Part shown: positions 8,112 to 18,033 of the stretch, piece after piece
How the letters are laid out: every line of letters begins with the position of its first letter
How positions within the stretch are numbered: the first letter of the stretch is position 1
DNA from: an uncultured Monoglobus sp.
Lineage (GTDB): Bacteria > Bacillota > Clostridia > Monoglobales > Monoglobaceae
Length of the DNA stretch: 64,000 nucleotides
Reading direction: 5' to 3'
Assembly (NCBI GenBank): GCA_947585115.1
Contig: CANPWW010000002.1
Location: 9,875 to 73,874, forward strand
Notes under the pieces: model-generated
The model's database searches: none
The model's input: only the letters and a program-made list of their open reading frames with translations
Told to the model about the DNA's origin: nothing
Position numbers and translations under genes: made by a program

Positions 8112-9518
8112 TTAACCCTGCATGATATTGTTTTCCAGCCATTTTTCACGCATGAGACGGATGAGGAACAAAACTCCTCTGACGCAGAGCTCGACGCACA
8201 TGGCGATCCACGCGCCTCTAAGGCCGAGCCGCGGCACAAGCGCGAATGCCAGCGTGATCCTGACGCCCCACATGGTGAGCAGGTTCAAAAGACTTGGCAC
8301 CAGCGTGTCGCCCGCGCCGCGGAGCGCGCCCGAGCAGACTATCGACGCGGCGTACATCGGCTCGGCGAACGCCTCGATTCGCAGGATATCTGTTCCCAAC
8401 GCGCGGACCTGCTCGGACGGCGTGAGCATCGAGAACATAAACGGCGCGGCCGCGTACATCAGCACCGCCGCGGCCGACATGATAGCGACGCCCAGAACCA
8501 CCGCGGTCACGGCGAAACGCTTGGCGATATCCTTGCGGCCGGCTCCTATGCTCTGGCCGACCAGCGTGGTCGCCGCGGTGCCTATGCCGTAGCCCGGCAT
8601 GTAGCATAAACTCTCGGCCGTGATAGCCAGAGAGTTGGCGGCGACCGCCGCGGTTCCCAGCGGCGCCACGATCAATGTGGTGACCACCTGCGCGCCACAC
8701 ATTACCGTGTGCTCAAACGCCGCCGGGATCGAGATGCGCAGCGCCGCCTTTATGCACTTGAGCCTGATCTTCCATGAACCCTCGAGCCTGAGCGACAATA
8801 TTTCGGAACGGATGGCCGCCGAATAAAACATCAGCGCCGCGGCGCACAGCTCGGCGCAGGCCGTGCCCAGAGCCGCTCCCGCGACGCCGAGACCGAAACC
8901 GAACAGACGGACGGGCGCGCCGAAAACAAAAACCTCGCGGGCCGGGAAAATAAATATAAAATTGAACACCACATCAAGCGCGCACATCAGGATATTGAGC
9001 AGCCCCGGCGTTTTCAGATCGCCGCCGCACTGGAGCGAGCTTGAGCACAACATTCTGATCTGCATGATCGGCAGCGCGCAGGCGTATATGAAAAAGTATC
9101 GCGTAGAGTTTTGGATCACGCCCTCGGCGCCGCCCAGCCAAACGGGCAGCGAACGGCTTATCGACAGAGCGGCCGCCGAGATCAGAGCGCCGAACATAAG
9201 CGCTACGATAAGACCCTGCCGAAAAACGTTTCTCGCGCCCTCGTTGTCCCCTGCGCCGACGAATTGTGCTATCTGGACAGAAAAGCCCGTGGCGAGCGAA
9301 ACGCACAGCCCGCCGATCAGCCACATGGTGGTGCTTATAAGACCTATCGAGGCAGTGGCGCTCTCGCCGAGGCTTCCGACCATCGCCGCGTCTATATACT
9401 GCATGATTATCGAGCTTATCTGCGCCATGATCGCCGGAATGCTCAGCCTTATCACGGTGAGCGTCATTTCTTTGACCCGAGGCGTTCCGCTCCCGCCTAT
9501 GTTAATTATTTGCTTCAA
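8112..9518 (-). CDS. MATE family efflux transporter
   Basis: Many TM segments; DAAMVGSLG, ILRIEAFAEP, ALRGAGDT motifs; TTG start. Confidence 0.92.
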   Translation of the reverse strand: MKQIINIGGSGTPRVKEMTLTVIRLSIPAIMAQISSIIMQYIDAAMVGSLGESATASIGLISTTMWLIGGLCVSLATGFSVQIAQFVGAGDNEGARNVFRQGLIVALMFGALISAAALSISRSLPVWLGGAEGVIQNSTRYFFIYACALPIMQIRMLCSSSLQCGGDLKTPGLLNILMCALDVVFNFIFIFPAREVFVFGAPVRLFGFGLGVAGAALGTACAELCAAALMFYSAAIRSEILSLRLEGSWKIRLKCIKAALRISIPAAFEHTVMCGAQVVTTLIVAPLGTAAVAANSLAITAESLCYMPGYGIGTAATTLVGQSIGAGRKDIAKRFAVTAVVLGVAIMSAAAVLMYAAAPFMFSMLTPSEQVRALGTDILRIEAFAEPMYAASIVCSGALRGAGDTLVPSLLNLLTMWGVRITLAFALVPRLGLRGAWIAMCVELCVRGVLFLIRLMREKWLENNIMQG

Positions 9519-9635
9519 TTTCTCTTATCTCCCGATCCAAGCGATAAATATACCGCCTTTGATTATTAAAAGCCGCTCCGGAAAACGTTCCGAAGCGGTG
9601 GTTTTTTGGTTTGGTTTTAGTTTTATTTATTTTAA

Positions 9636-10745
9636 TTAATTTGTTTTTTCGGAAGTTTCGGATTTTTCCGAGCCGCCGGATGTAGTCGAGCCGTTGATCG
9701 ACTTGACGGTTGACGGCCACAGATCGGTGTAAACCTTGCCGGGCTCCAAACCGCCGACCTTCGCCTCGCCCATCTCGGTCACGGTGACAAGCTGATAGCC
9801 CTCATCAAGCAGAGCCGGGATCAGACGCACCACCGCGTCGATGGTCGAATCGTAAATATCATGGAACAGGACAATGTCTCCGTCTTGGATCGTTGACATT
9901 ACGTTGCTGTACACCGCGTCGGCGTTCTTGGACTTCCAGTCGAGGGTGTCGACCGACCAGAGGATTATCGGCTGATCGTACTCCTTGGCGACGCTCTTTA
10001 CCGAGTCGTTATAAGAGCCGTAGGGCGGACGCACGGTAGACGGGCCCTCGCCGATGATGTCCTTTAAATTATTTGTGCTCTTTTCGAACTGGCTCTTGAG
10101 CGAATCGCCCGAAAGAGTTGTGAGCTGCGTGTGGTCGTAGGTGTGGCTCGCCGTGTCGCAGCCAAGGGACTGCATGCGCTTTATGGTGTCGGCGGCGCCC
10201 TTCATGTGGTCGCCCAGCATAAAGAATGTGGCGCGGGCGTTGTTTTCCTCCAGAGCGTCAAGCAGACGCTTTGTGGTCTCGGCGCCGGGGCCGTCGTCAA
10301 AGGTCAGCGCTATCATCGGGGCGTCGGGGTCAAGTTTTCCGTTGCCGCGCTTCCAGCCGCTGTCCACATAGGACTGCACCTCGCTCTTGAGCACGTCCTT
10401 GACCTCCTCGGTCTCGGGATTGAACACCTTCGCGAATATGGATGAGTAGTTGGATGTGTATCCATTCTTTTCGTATTCGTTAACATCGGCGTTATACACG
10501 ATAATGCTGCTGCCGTCCTCTTTCCACATGGTGGTGAGAACATCGTTGAAATTATCGTACCAGCCGACAGTCTTTTGCTCCTCCGCCTCGCTCGGCGTGA
10601 ACTGCTCGCTGCGGCCGTCCTCGGTGTACATTGTTACCATTTCATCGCCGCTTGTGTCGCTGACATCCACCGGAACTATTCCCTTCATGCCCATGCAAAC
10701 TATCAGCACCACAGCAAGCAAGACGCATGCCACTATTTTTTTCAT
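9636..10745 (-). CDS. Secreted/anchored CE4 polysaccharide deacetylase (PgdA-like) with N-terminal 34-aa repeats
   Basis: TFDDGP, HTYDH, RPPYG, DTLDW, LFHD motifs; N-terminal hydrophobic anchor. Confidence 0.9.
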   Translation of the reverse strand: MKKIVACVLLAVVLIVCMGMKGIVPVDVSDTSGDEMVTMYTEDGRSEQFTPSEAEEQKTVGWYDNFNDVLTTMWKEDGSSIIVYNADVNEYEKNGYTSNYSSIFAKVFNPETEEVKDVLKSEVQSYVDSGWKRGNGKLDPDAPMIALTFDDGPGAETTKRLLDALEENNARATFFMLGDHMKGAADTIKRMQSLGCDTASHTYDHTQLTTLSGDSLKSQFEKSTNNLKDIIGEGPSTVRPPYGSYNDSVKSVAKEYDQPIILWSVDTLDWKSKNADAVYSNVMSTIQDGDIVLFHDIYDSTIDAVVRLIPALLDEGYQLVTVTEMGEAKVGGLEPGKVYTDLWPSTVKSINGSTTSGGSEKSETSEKTN

Positions 10746-10880
10746 TTGTAAACCCTCCGAATTTATCGAATAACATCACAATTATCAACAATAAGTATAG
10801 CTAATATTATTATATCATAACAGGGCACCGTGTCAACACAAAAATATTACAAATTTCTAACATTTTCTCGGCGCGGAGAT

Positions 10881-11273
10881 TCACCCCGCAAGAATATAGA
10901 GCAAAGCGAAAATAAGCGCCTTGTCGGCGTCATCATTGTCGGCGACAAGCAGGATAAGAGCCAAAAGCAGCAGATCCTCGGCCGTCACCAGGCCTAGTAT
11001 TTTTTTCGTGCGGCGGTTATACAGCTCGCTCGGCAGAATGTCCAGCAGCGAGTCGAGAAAGCCGCTCTCCGAATGCCGATCGGCATGCGGCGGCGCGGCG
11101 GCGCGCTCGGGTTCGCGCTTTGCCCGGTCGGAATTTTTCGTCTGCGCGCTTCCCGTCCGAGGCGGTTCCGCGCCTCTGCCCTGCGCTCCGCGTGGAGCGT
11201 CCCGAAGATTTGCCTGCGGCGCGGAGCTTCCTCCGCCGCGGGGCGGACTGTTTGAATTATAGCGTCTGTACAT
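10881..11273 (-). CDS. Hypothetical protein (disordered N-terminus, hydrophobic C-terminus; possibly sporulation-associated)
   Basis: GGAGG SD; C-terminal EDLLLLALILLVAD...LIFALLYIL. Confidence 0.65.
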   Translation of the reverse strand: MYRRYNSNSPPRGGGSSAPQANLRDAPRGAQGRGAEPPRTGSAQTKNSDRAKREPERAAAPPHADRHSESGFLDSLLDILPSELYNRRTKKILGLVTAEDLLLLALILLVADNDDADKALIFALLYILAG

Positions 11274-11283
11274 AGGCGGCCTC

Positions 11284-11655
11284 CTAAAATCCGAAATCGA
11301 ACCCGTTTTCCCGCAGAACCGAAAAAGCCTTGATCATTCCCATGATCCTGACGGCGGTGTCGGTTTTAGCGCGGCGCGACTCGCGGAGGTACGGCTTCAG
11401 CGCGTAGAGCAGCTCGGCTTCGCGGCCCGTGTCGCGCCGCTTTACGCTCTCAAGGACCTTTCCCATCTTCACCATCATTTCAAAATCCGCCGCGTCCTCT
11501 TCCATCGGCGTCCGCTCGGGCGGTTTCTCTTCGCCGCCCTCAGAGCCCGAGAGCGCGCTTATTATGCCGCTTATCTGCTCGCGGCCCTCGCCGCTGCTCA
11601 TCATCTCTTTAAGCTTTTCAACCGCGCCGCTGAGATCAAGCTCGCCGCTCATCAA
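11284..11655 (-). CDS. Hypothetical helical protein
   Basis: ORF in a co-oriented trio; LLYALKPYL motif. Confidence 0.65.
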   Translation of the reverse strand: MMSGELDLSGAVEKLKEMMSSGEGREQISGIISALSGSEGGEEKPPERTPMEEDAADFEMMVKMGKVLESVKRRDTGREAELLYALKPYLRESRRAKTDTAVRIMGMIKAFSVLRENGFDFGF

Positions 11656-11678
11656 ATCACCGCCCTTTATGTATTCCG

Positions 11679-11942
11679 TTATTTTTTAAGAAAAGCGTTT
11701 AAATTTTTCATCAGCTCGGGGTTTGAGCTCAAAGCTTTTTTGACGCCGCTGTTTTCGCTCACCGCCCTGCTCACGTCCGCCGCGCTGAGCTTGCTCAGAT
11801 TTTTGCCGAGATCGGGGCTCTCAAGCGCCTTTTTGAGCGCGCTCATATCCTCTTTGGACAGCGAGCCGCCGAGGGCGCCGAGCATGGAATTAAGCTTGTT
11901 TTTGTCGAGATTTTTTGTCATGTCGTTTATGTTCATAACCAT
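11679..11942 (-). CDS. Hypothetical small helical protein
   Basis: SD-like AAAGGCGG; first gene of the trio. Confidence 0.6.
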   Translation of the reverse strand: MVMNINDMTKNLDKNKLNSMLGALGGSLSKEDMSALKKALESPDLGKNLSKLSAADVSRAVSENSGVKKALSSNPELMKNLNAFLKK

Positions 11943-12132
11943 TCCGCCTTTCGGATCAAATTATACTACAGTACATTCTATGTATTTTTATAAAAATAGT
12001 GACAAAAAAATATTTATGTGATATAATGGGTGGGTCGGATAATTTTTCCGATAACTGCATAGGTAAGTACCGATTAAATTCATGCGTAAGCAGCGGTATT
12101 TGATCGGTAGTTACCAAAGGAGGTTTGGCTTT

Positions 12133-12606
12133 ATGAAAGCGGTAGTTCTCAGCGATTCCCACGGCAGCTTCGGCGAGCTTAAAAAAGCGGTCGACGCCGA
12201 GATAAAAAACGGCGGAGTTTCGATGATAATGTTCGCGGGGGACGTGCAGCGCGACGCAGACGCCCTCAGACGGGAGTACCCGAGGATACCCGTGGCGGTC
12301 GTTCTCGGCAACAACGACTGGTCGGTGCGCGACGTGCCCTTTGACGTGACGTTCACGTTCGCGGGCAAACGGGTATTCATGACCCACGGCCACAAGTACC
12401 ATGTGAAGTACGGGCTTAACACCCTGCTGCTAAAGGCGAGGGAGCAAGGCGCCGACATCTGCGTTTTCGGCCACACCCACCGTCCGTATCTTGAGGAGGT
12501 CTCGGGAGTGCTGATGCTGAACCCGGGCAGCGCGTGGATGAGCTACGCGGTGCTTGAGGTGGACGAGAACGGCCGCGCCAAGGCCGAGATAAAGAAAACT
12601 CTTTGA
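12133..12606 (+). CDS. YfcE/YsnB-family metallophosphoesterase
   Basis: SDSHG, AGD, GNND, THGH, FGHTH, NPGS; start after AAAGGAGG. Confidence 0.92.
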   Translation: MKAVVLSDSHGSFGELKKAVDAEIKNGGVSMIMFAGDVQRDADALRREYPRIPVAVVLGNNDWSVRDVPFDVTFTFAGKRVFMTHGHKYHVKYGLNTLLLKAREQGADICVFGHTHRPYLEEVSGVLMLNPGSAWMSYAVLEVDENGRAKAEIKKTL

Positions 12607-12639
12607 TATAACATATTTTATAATAACGAGGTAAATATT

Positions 12640-13410
12640 ATGCTGCTTGCTATTGACGTAGGAAACACAAACATTGTGGCGGCGCTCTACGACGGGGATA
12701 ATTTTATCCGCAGCTGGAGGATCGCCACCGACATCAACAAGGCCAGCGACGAGTACGGAATACTGCTGTGCCAGCTTTTGAGGAGCGAAAACACAAAGCC
12801 CGATCAAATAGACGACGTTATGATCGCCTCGGTAGTGCCGACGGTCATGCACTCGCTGACAAACGCGGTCAAGCGATATTTAGGCTGCAGCCCCATGATA
12901 GTGGGCCCCGGGATCAAGACCGGAATGAACATAAAAATGGACAACCCGAGAGAGCTGGGCGCGGACAGGATAGTGAACGCGGTGGCGGCGATAAACAAAT
13001 ACAAGCCGCCTCTGATAATCGTTGACTTCGGCACCGCCACCACCTTCTGCTCGATCGACAGAAGCGGCTGCTATGTGGGCGGAGTTATCACCGCGGGCAT
13101 GAAGATCTCAATGGACGCGCTGTTTGAGCGCACCGCCAAGCTGCCCAAGGTTGAGATCGTGAAGCCGCCCTCGCCCATCGGGAAAAACACGGTGAACTCG
13201 ATACAGAGCGGCGCGCTCTACGGCCACGCGGGCATGACCGACAGCATTGTGCGCAGGATCAAAAAAGAAATAGGCGGGGACGCCGCGGTTATCGCCACGG
13301 GCGGACTGGCGAAAATGATCTCCCGGGAATCCGAGGAGATAGATATCGTCGACAGCATGCTGACCGTTGACGGACTTAAAATACTTTACGACAAAAACAA
13401 AGAGAAATAA
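12640..13410 (+). CDS. coaX: Type III pantothenate kinase
   Basis: AIDVGNT, LGADR, VDFGTATT, ATGG motifs. Confidence 0.95.
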   Translation: MLLAIDVGNTNIVAALYDGDNFIRSWRIATDINKASDEYGILLCQLLRSENTKPDQIDDVMIASVVPTVMHSLTNAVKRYLGCSPMIVGPGIKTGMNIKMDNPRELGADRIVNAVAAINKYKPPLIIVDFGTATTFCSIDRSGCYVGGVITAGMKISMDALFERTAKLPKVEIVKPPSPIGKNTVNSIQSGALYGHAGMTDSIVRRIKKEIGGDAAVIATGGLAKMISRESEEIDIVDSMLTVDGLKILYDKNKEK

Positions 13411-13424
13411 AAAGGAGAAATAAA

Positions 13425-14579
<1,155 letters not shown>

Positions 14580-14604
14580 CCGCGGCGCGGCAAAAAACCA
14601 CAAA

Positions 14605-14645
14605 AGAAAGGGCGGAAGCAAAATGCTTCCGCTCTGTTTCTTTTG
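14605..14645 (+). terminator. Terminator after malic enzyme gene
   Basis: gcggaagca/tgcttccgc hairpin followed by tctgtttcttttt. Confidence 0.7.
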
Positions 14646-14725
14646 GTGAGTTGTTATTTCGTTTTTCAAGTCTGAAAGCGTCATACCTTAACGCTTTCGC
14701 ATACACACAAAAGTGCGCTCCAAAA

Positions 14726-15064
14726 CTACTTCGCCGGGCTTTTAACGGCGTCCGCCTTACAGCGTTCATACTCAACATCAAGAACAGTCTGAACAGTATG
14801 CTCCGCGAGTTTGTCAAGAGCGTTATACTTTTGCACAAGAGTGACAACGCTGTCATCAATAACAAGCGGGATTTCATAGTCGAACACTTTGATATTAAGA
14901 GCTTTACACATCTTCATAACAGTGTTAAAACCTGTGCCCGAAATGCCGTTTTTGAGAGCGCTTACCACAGTTGTCTGAGCGATACCCACGCTGAATGCGA
15001 ACTGACGCACACTGCGGTACTGCTTCTTGATCTCCTGCTTTATAAGCATTGTCAAGTCGTCCAT
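14726..15064 (-). CDS. XRE-like helix-turn-helix regulator
   Basis: SVRQFAFSVGIAQTTVVSALK...VMKMCKALNI; AGGAGG SD. Confidence 0.8.
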   Translation of the reverse strand: MDDLTMLIKQEIKKQYRSVRQFAFSVGIAQTTVVSALKNGISGTGFNTVMKMCKALNIKVFDYEIPLVIDDSVVTLVQKYNALDKLAEHTVQTVLDVEYERCKADAVKSPAK

Positions 15065-15079
15065 CTCAATACCTCCTTC

Positions 15080-16528
15080 TTATGATTCTGTAATATATAC
15101 TCGTGTTCCAAAGGGCATGTTGGCGGACAGCCAGTTTATGTACTTTGCCTGGCAGCGCACGCAGCCCAATGATAATTTAACACCAACGTTATTGTTATAC
15201 GGAGTTCCGTCGTATCTCAGCAGCGTCGAATGAAGCGCGTAGTTTCCGTAGAAAACCATTACGGGACCCACATAGTAATTCGCGTAGGCCCATCTGTCCT
15301 GCGCCTGGAAATACTCAAACGTGCCCGTGATCGTCTCGCTGCCCTCGGCGCCGATTCCGACCGTGAAATCCTTGACCCATTTCCAATTTCCTTTTGAGCC
15401 TTCAAAAACCGTGCATCTGAATTTTTGCTTGTTTACCCAGATCATGTAGTTTGTGGAGCTTCCCACTCCGCTCTCGTTCGCTCTTTTCTCAAGAGCCGCT
15501 ATCGACTCAAGCGCCATGGGCGACTTTGTCAGATGAATGTCTATATACTCGCCCGCGTCGAAATACTCCAGAGTGCTTCCGAAGCTCTCAACAAAGGGAC
15601 GAAGCTCGATATATGTCAGGCTGTTGATGTTTGAGACCGGAACGCTCAGCGATTTGTCCTCGCCGAAAACCGTTATGTAACTGTAGCCTATATTGACCAG
15701 CATTTCATTGTCGCCGGTCTTTACTTTAACGCTGTCATACTGAGGATAATACGTGCAGTCGGTTATCCCGATCGCCTCCGCCACCTCGGAGAGAGGCGCG
15801 ATGATCGACGAGCCCTCAAAAATAGCGGGCGACGTGAGCGGCACATACTTTCCGTCGACGTAAATATTAATCGGATCCTGTGTTCTTATGTGAGCCGTCA
15901 TGTCGGCATGGTTTGATACCGAGCCGTCATCGTTCACATATGTGTAAAGCGGCAGTTTTTCCGAAAGCGGCAGAGTGTAGTTATCGGCATAATAGTCGAT
16001 AGAGTCTATGCCCGACACGTCCAGATAATACACCGTGCCGATCGGAGCCGCGGGAACATCGTAAGTGAGACTGAAGCTGTCAAGACTGTTTATGTATTCC
16101 GTGTGTGAGCCCAAAAGCTCATCGTTTGCCGAGTAGAGATTAAACACCGCGTAGTCGTATCTGGGCCAGCCGTCAAGAGCCGCGGTGAAATTAACCGTGT
16201 AGCTTGTTATCAGGTTCGCGCCGCCAGTCTCCCGAGCGGGCGCCTCCGAAGCGGCGGTATCTTCAGCCTCGGAAAAACCGGGTTCTCCCGAAGCGAGCGG
16301 CAGCTCCTCGGCGTCATATTCTCCGTCCGCGAGAGGTATCTCCTCCGCCGTTTCCGCCGGCGGAACAATTTCGGGTGAATTCTGCGTCTCCTCGGGTGGC
16401 AAAACCTCGGGGGCCAGCGATTCGATCGGCAAAGGCTCCGTATCGGTCTCGTCGGCGTATGAAATCATACCGAACGGGGCCAGAGCCAGAACCACAACCG
16501 CCAAAAAAATCAATAATCTGTTTTTCAT
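15080..16528 (-). CDS. Secreted L,D-transpeptidase (YkuD domain) with copper-amine-oxidase-N-like stalk domain
   Basis: Signal peptide, acidic linker, IYVDGKYV...IIAPLSEVAEAIG stalk-like region, C-terminal ALHS...SLGCVR. Confidence 0.8.
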   Translation of the reverse strand: MKNRLLIFLAVVVLALAPFGMISYADETDTEPLPIESLAPEVLPPEETQNSPEIVPPAETAEEIPLADGEYDAEELPLASGEPGFSEAEDTAASEAPARETGGANLITSYTVNFTAALDGWPRYDYAVFNLYSANDELLGSHTEYINSLDSFSLTYDVPAAPIGTVYYLDVSGIDSIDYYADNYTLPLSEKLPLYTYVNDDGSVSNHADMTAHIRTQDPINIYVDGKYVPLTSPAIFEGSSIIAPLSEVAEAIGITDCTYYPQYDSVKVKTGDNEMLVNIGYSYITVFGEDKSLSVPVSNINSLTYIELRPFVESFGSTLEYFDAGEYIDIHLTKSPMALESIAALEKRANESGVGSSTNYMIWVNKQKFRCTVFEGSKGNWKWVKDFTVGIGAEGSETITGTFEYFQAQDRWAYANYYVGPVMVFYGNYALHSTLLRYDGTPYNNNVGVKLSLGCVRCQAKYINWLSANMPFGTRVYITES

Positions 16529-16645
16529 TTACCTTCTCCGTTATTTATAGCTATTTTCTATTATAATTATTGTATAACAATTTTCTGCAATTGTCAACAG
16601 CATTTTAACAAATAGTTGACTGATTTTGTTATTTTATTAACAACA

Positions 16646-17605
16646 TCACGCACAAGTATAGGCCGTCCATTCATTTGACCGTTTTTCCTTGATAATTTCC
16701 AATCCCGCGGCCTCAAGCGCGGATCTCACCTCGCTCGCTCTTTCGTTGATAATTCCCGAACATATGAATATTCCGTCCGGTTTCATAAAGTCTCGGGCAA
16801 AGGGCGCGAGCGCAATTATAACATCGGCGACAATGTTGGCGGCAACCAGATCATATTTTCCGAAGCGGTTCCGCACTTTTTTATTCGCGATTATATCTCC
16901 GCTGCTCACGCTGTACAGGCCGCGGTCCAAATTATTTAGGGCCAGATTATCGTAGGCCACGTCCACCGCGGCGGGGTCAATATCCACAGCGTCGCAATGG
17001 GAGGCGCCCAGCAACAGCGCTATGATCGACAAAATGCCGCTGCCGCAGCCCAGATCGAGCATGGTGTCTCCGGGCTTTAAGCTTTCCTCGATAGCCTCGA
17101 TGCAGAATCTGGTGCTGTCGTGGGTGCCGGTGCCGAACGTCATACCGGGATTGACGCGGAAAACCACCCTGTCGGTCTCTTTTTCAAGCGGGAGCCACTC
17201 GGGTTGTATCAGAACCCTGGCCCCAATCTCAATGGGCTTAAAATACTGTTTCCAGTTCTCGGACCAGTCCTCGTCTTTGACCTGCGCGGTGACGATTTTA
17301 AGCGCGCCGAATTTTTGCTCTTTATCGGCGGCTTTCATGGCCGCCATTTTCTTTTCGATTTCGGATAGAGTCAAAAGACCGTCGTTATCATCCGCGGCAT
17401 AAGCGGTGATCTTCGTGTCGGCGGTCTTGAGCCTCACAAGCTCCTCGTCCACATAGTCCCAGTATTTTCGGTTGTTTTCGAGGAATTCGATAAAATCGTC
17501 CTTGTCGGAGATCTCGACACCGTCTATGCCCAGATCGGTCAAAGCGTCGCAGACCGGGTCGATCCCCTCGGAGGTTGTGATTATGTTGATTTTTATCCAG
17601 TTCAT
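16646..17605 (-). CDS. prmA: Ribosomal protein L11 methyltransferase
   Basis: EDWSENWKQYFKP, FGTGTH, LDLGCGSGIL, ANIVAD. Confidence 0.95.
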   Translation of the reverse strand: MNWIKINIITTSEGIDPVCDALTDLGIDGVEISDKDDFIEFLENNRKYWDYVDEELVRLKTADTKITAYAADDNDGLLTLSEIEKKMAAMKAADKEQKFGALKIVTAQVKDEDWSENWKQYFKPIEIGARVLIQPEWLPLEKETDRVVFRVNPGMTFGTGTHDSTRFCIEAIEESLKPGDTMLDLGCGSGILSIIALLLGASHCDAVDIDPAAVDVAYDNLALNNLDRGLYSVSSGDIIANKKVRNRFGKYDLVAANIVADVIIALAPFARDFMKPDGIFICSGIINERASEVRSALEAAGLEIIKEKRSNEWTAYTCA

Positions 17606-17606
17606 T

Positions 17607-17951
17607 TTATCCAGGTGGCCATTGCAGGTTCCTGCCGGCCAGCATATGGAAGTGCAGGTGGCCGACGGTCTGGCCCCCGTCCTCTCCGCAGTTGTTGACT
17701 ATTCTGTAACCCTTTTCGGCAAATCCGCGCTCGGCGGCTATTTTGGCCGCGGCCTCGAATATTTTGCCTATAACCGCCGAGTTTTCGGCGGTGATCTCAT
17801 TGGTCGAGCTTATGTGATTTTTTGGCACGATCACAATATGCTCGGGCGCCTGGGGCGCGATGTCCAAAAACGCGTAGACGCTGTCGTCCTCATACACCTT
17901 TGTGGACGGGACCTCGCCCGCGATTATCTTGCAAAATAAGCAATCCGACAT
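17607..17951 (-). CDS. hinT: HIT family nucleotide-binding protein
   Basis: CLFCKI...GGQTVGHLHFH...WPPG. Confidence 0.93.
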   Translation of the reverse strand: MSDCLFCKIIAGEVPSTKVYEDDSVYAFLDIAPQAPEHIVIVPKNHISSTNEITAENSAVIGKIFEAAAKIAAERGFAEKGYRIVNNCGEDGGQTVGHLHFHMLAGRNLQWPPG

Positions 17952-17971
17952 ATATTATACCTCCTTTTATT

Positions 17972-18030
17972 GCCTCTACGTTGACCCCTCTCAGTCACCT
18001 TCGGTGACAGCTCTCCCCAAGGGGCGAGCC
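17972..18030 (+). repeat. REP-like palindromic element (ctcagtc-hairpin-gacagctctcccc family)
   Basis: Near-identical copy at 37430-37486 with a compensatory stem change; diverged inverted copy at 34571-34623. Confidence 0.75.
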
Positions 18031-18033
18031 TTT

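Noticed and set aside
14726-15064. Prophage or ICE remnant around the XRE gene
   Set aside because: No integrase, att-like repeats or phage genes nearby
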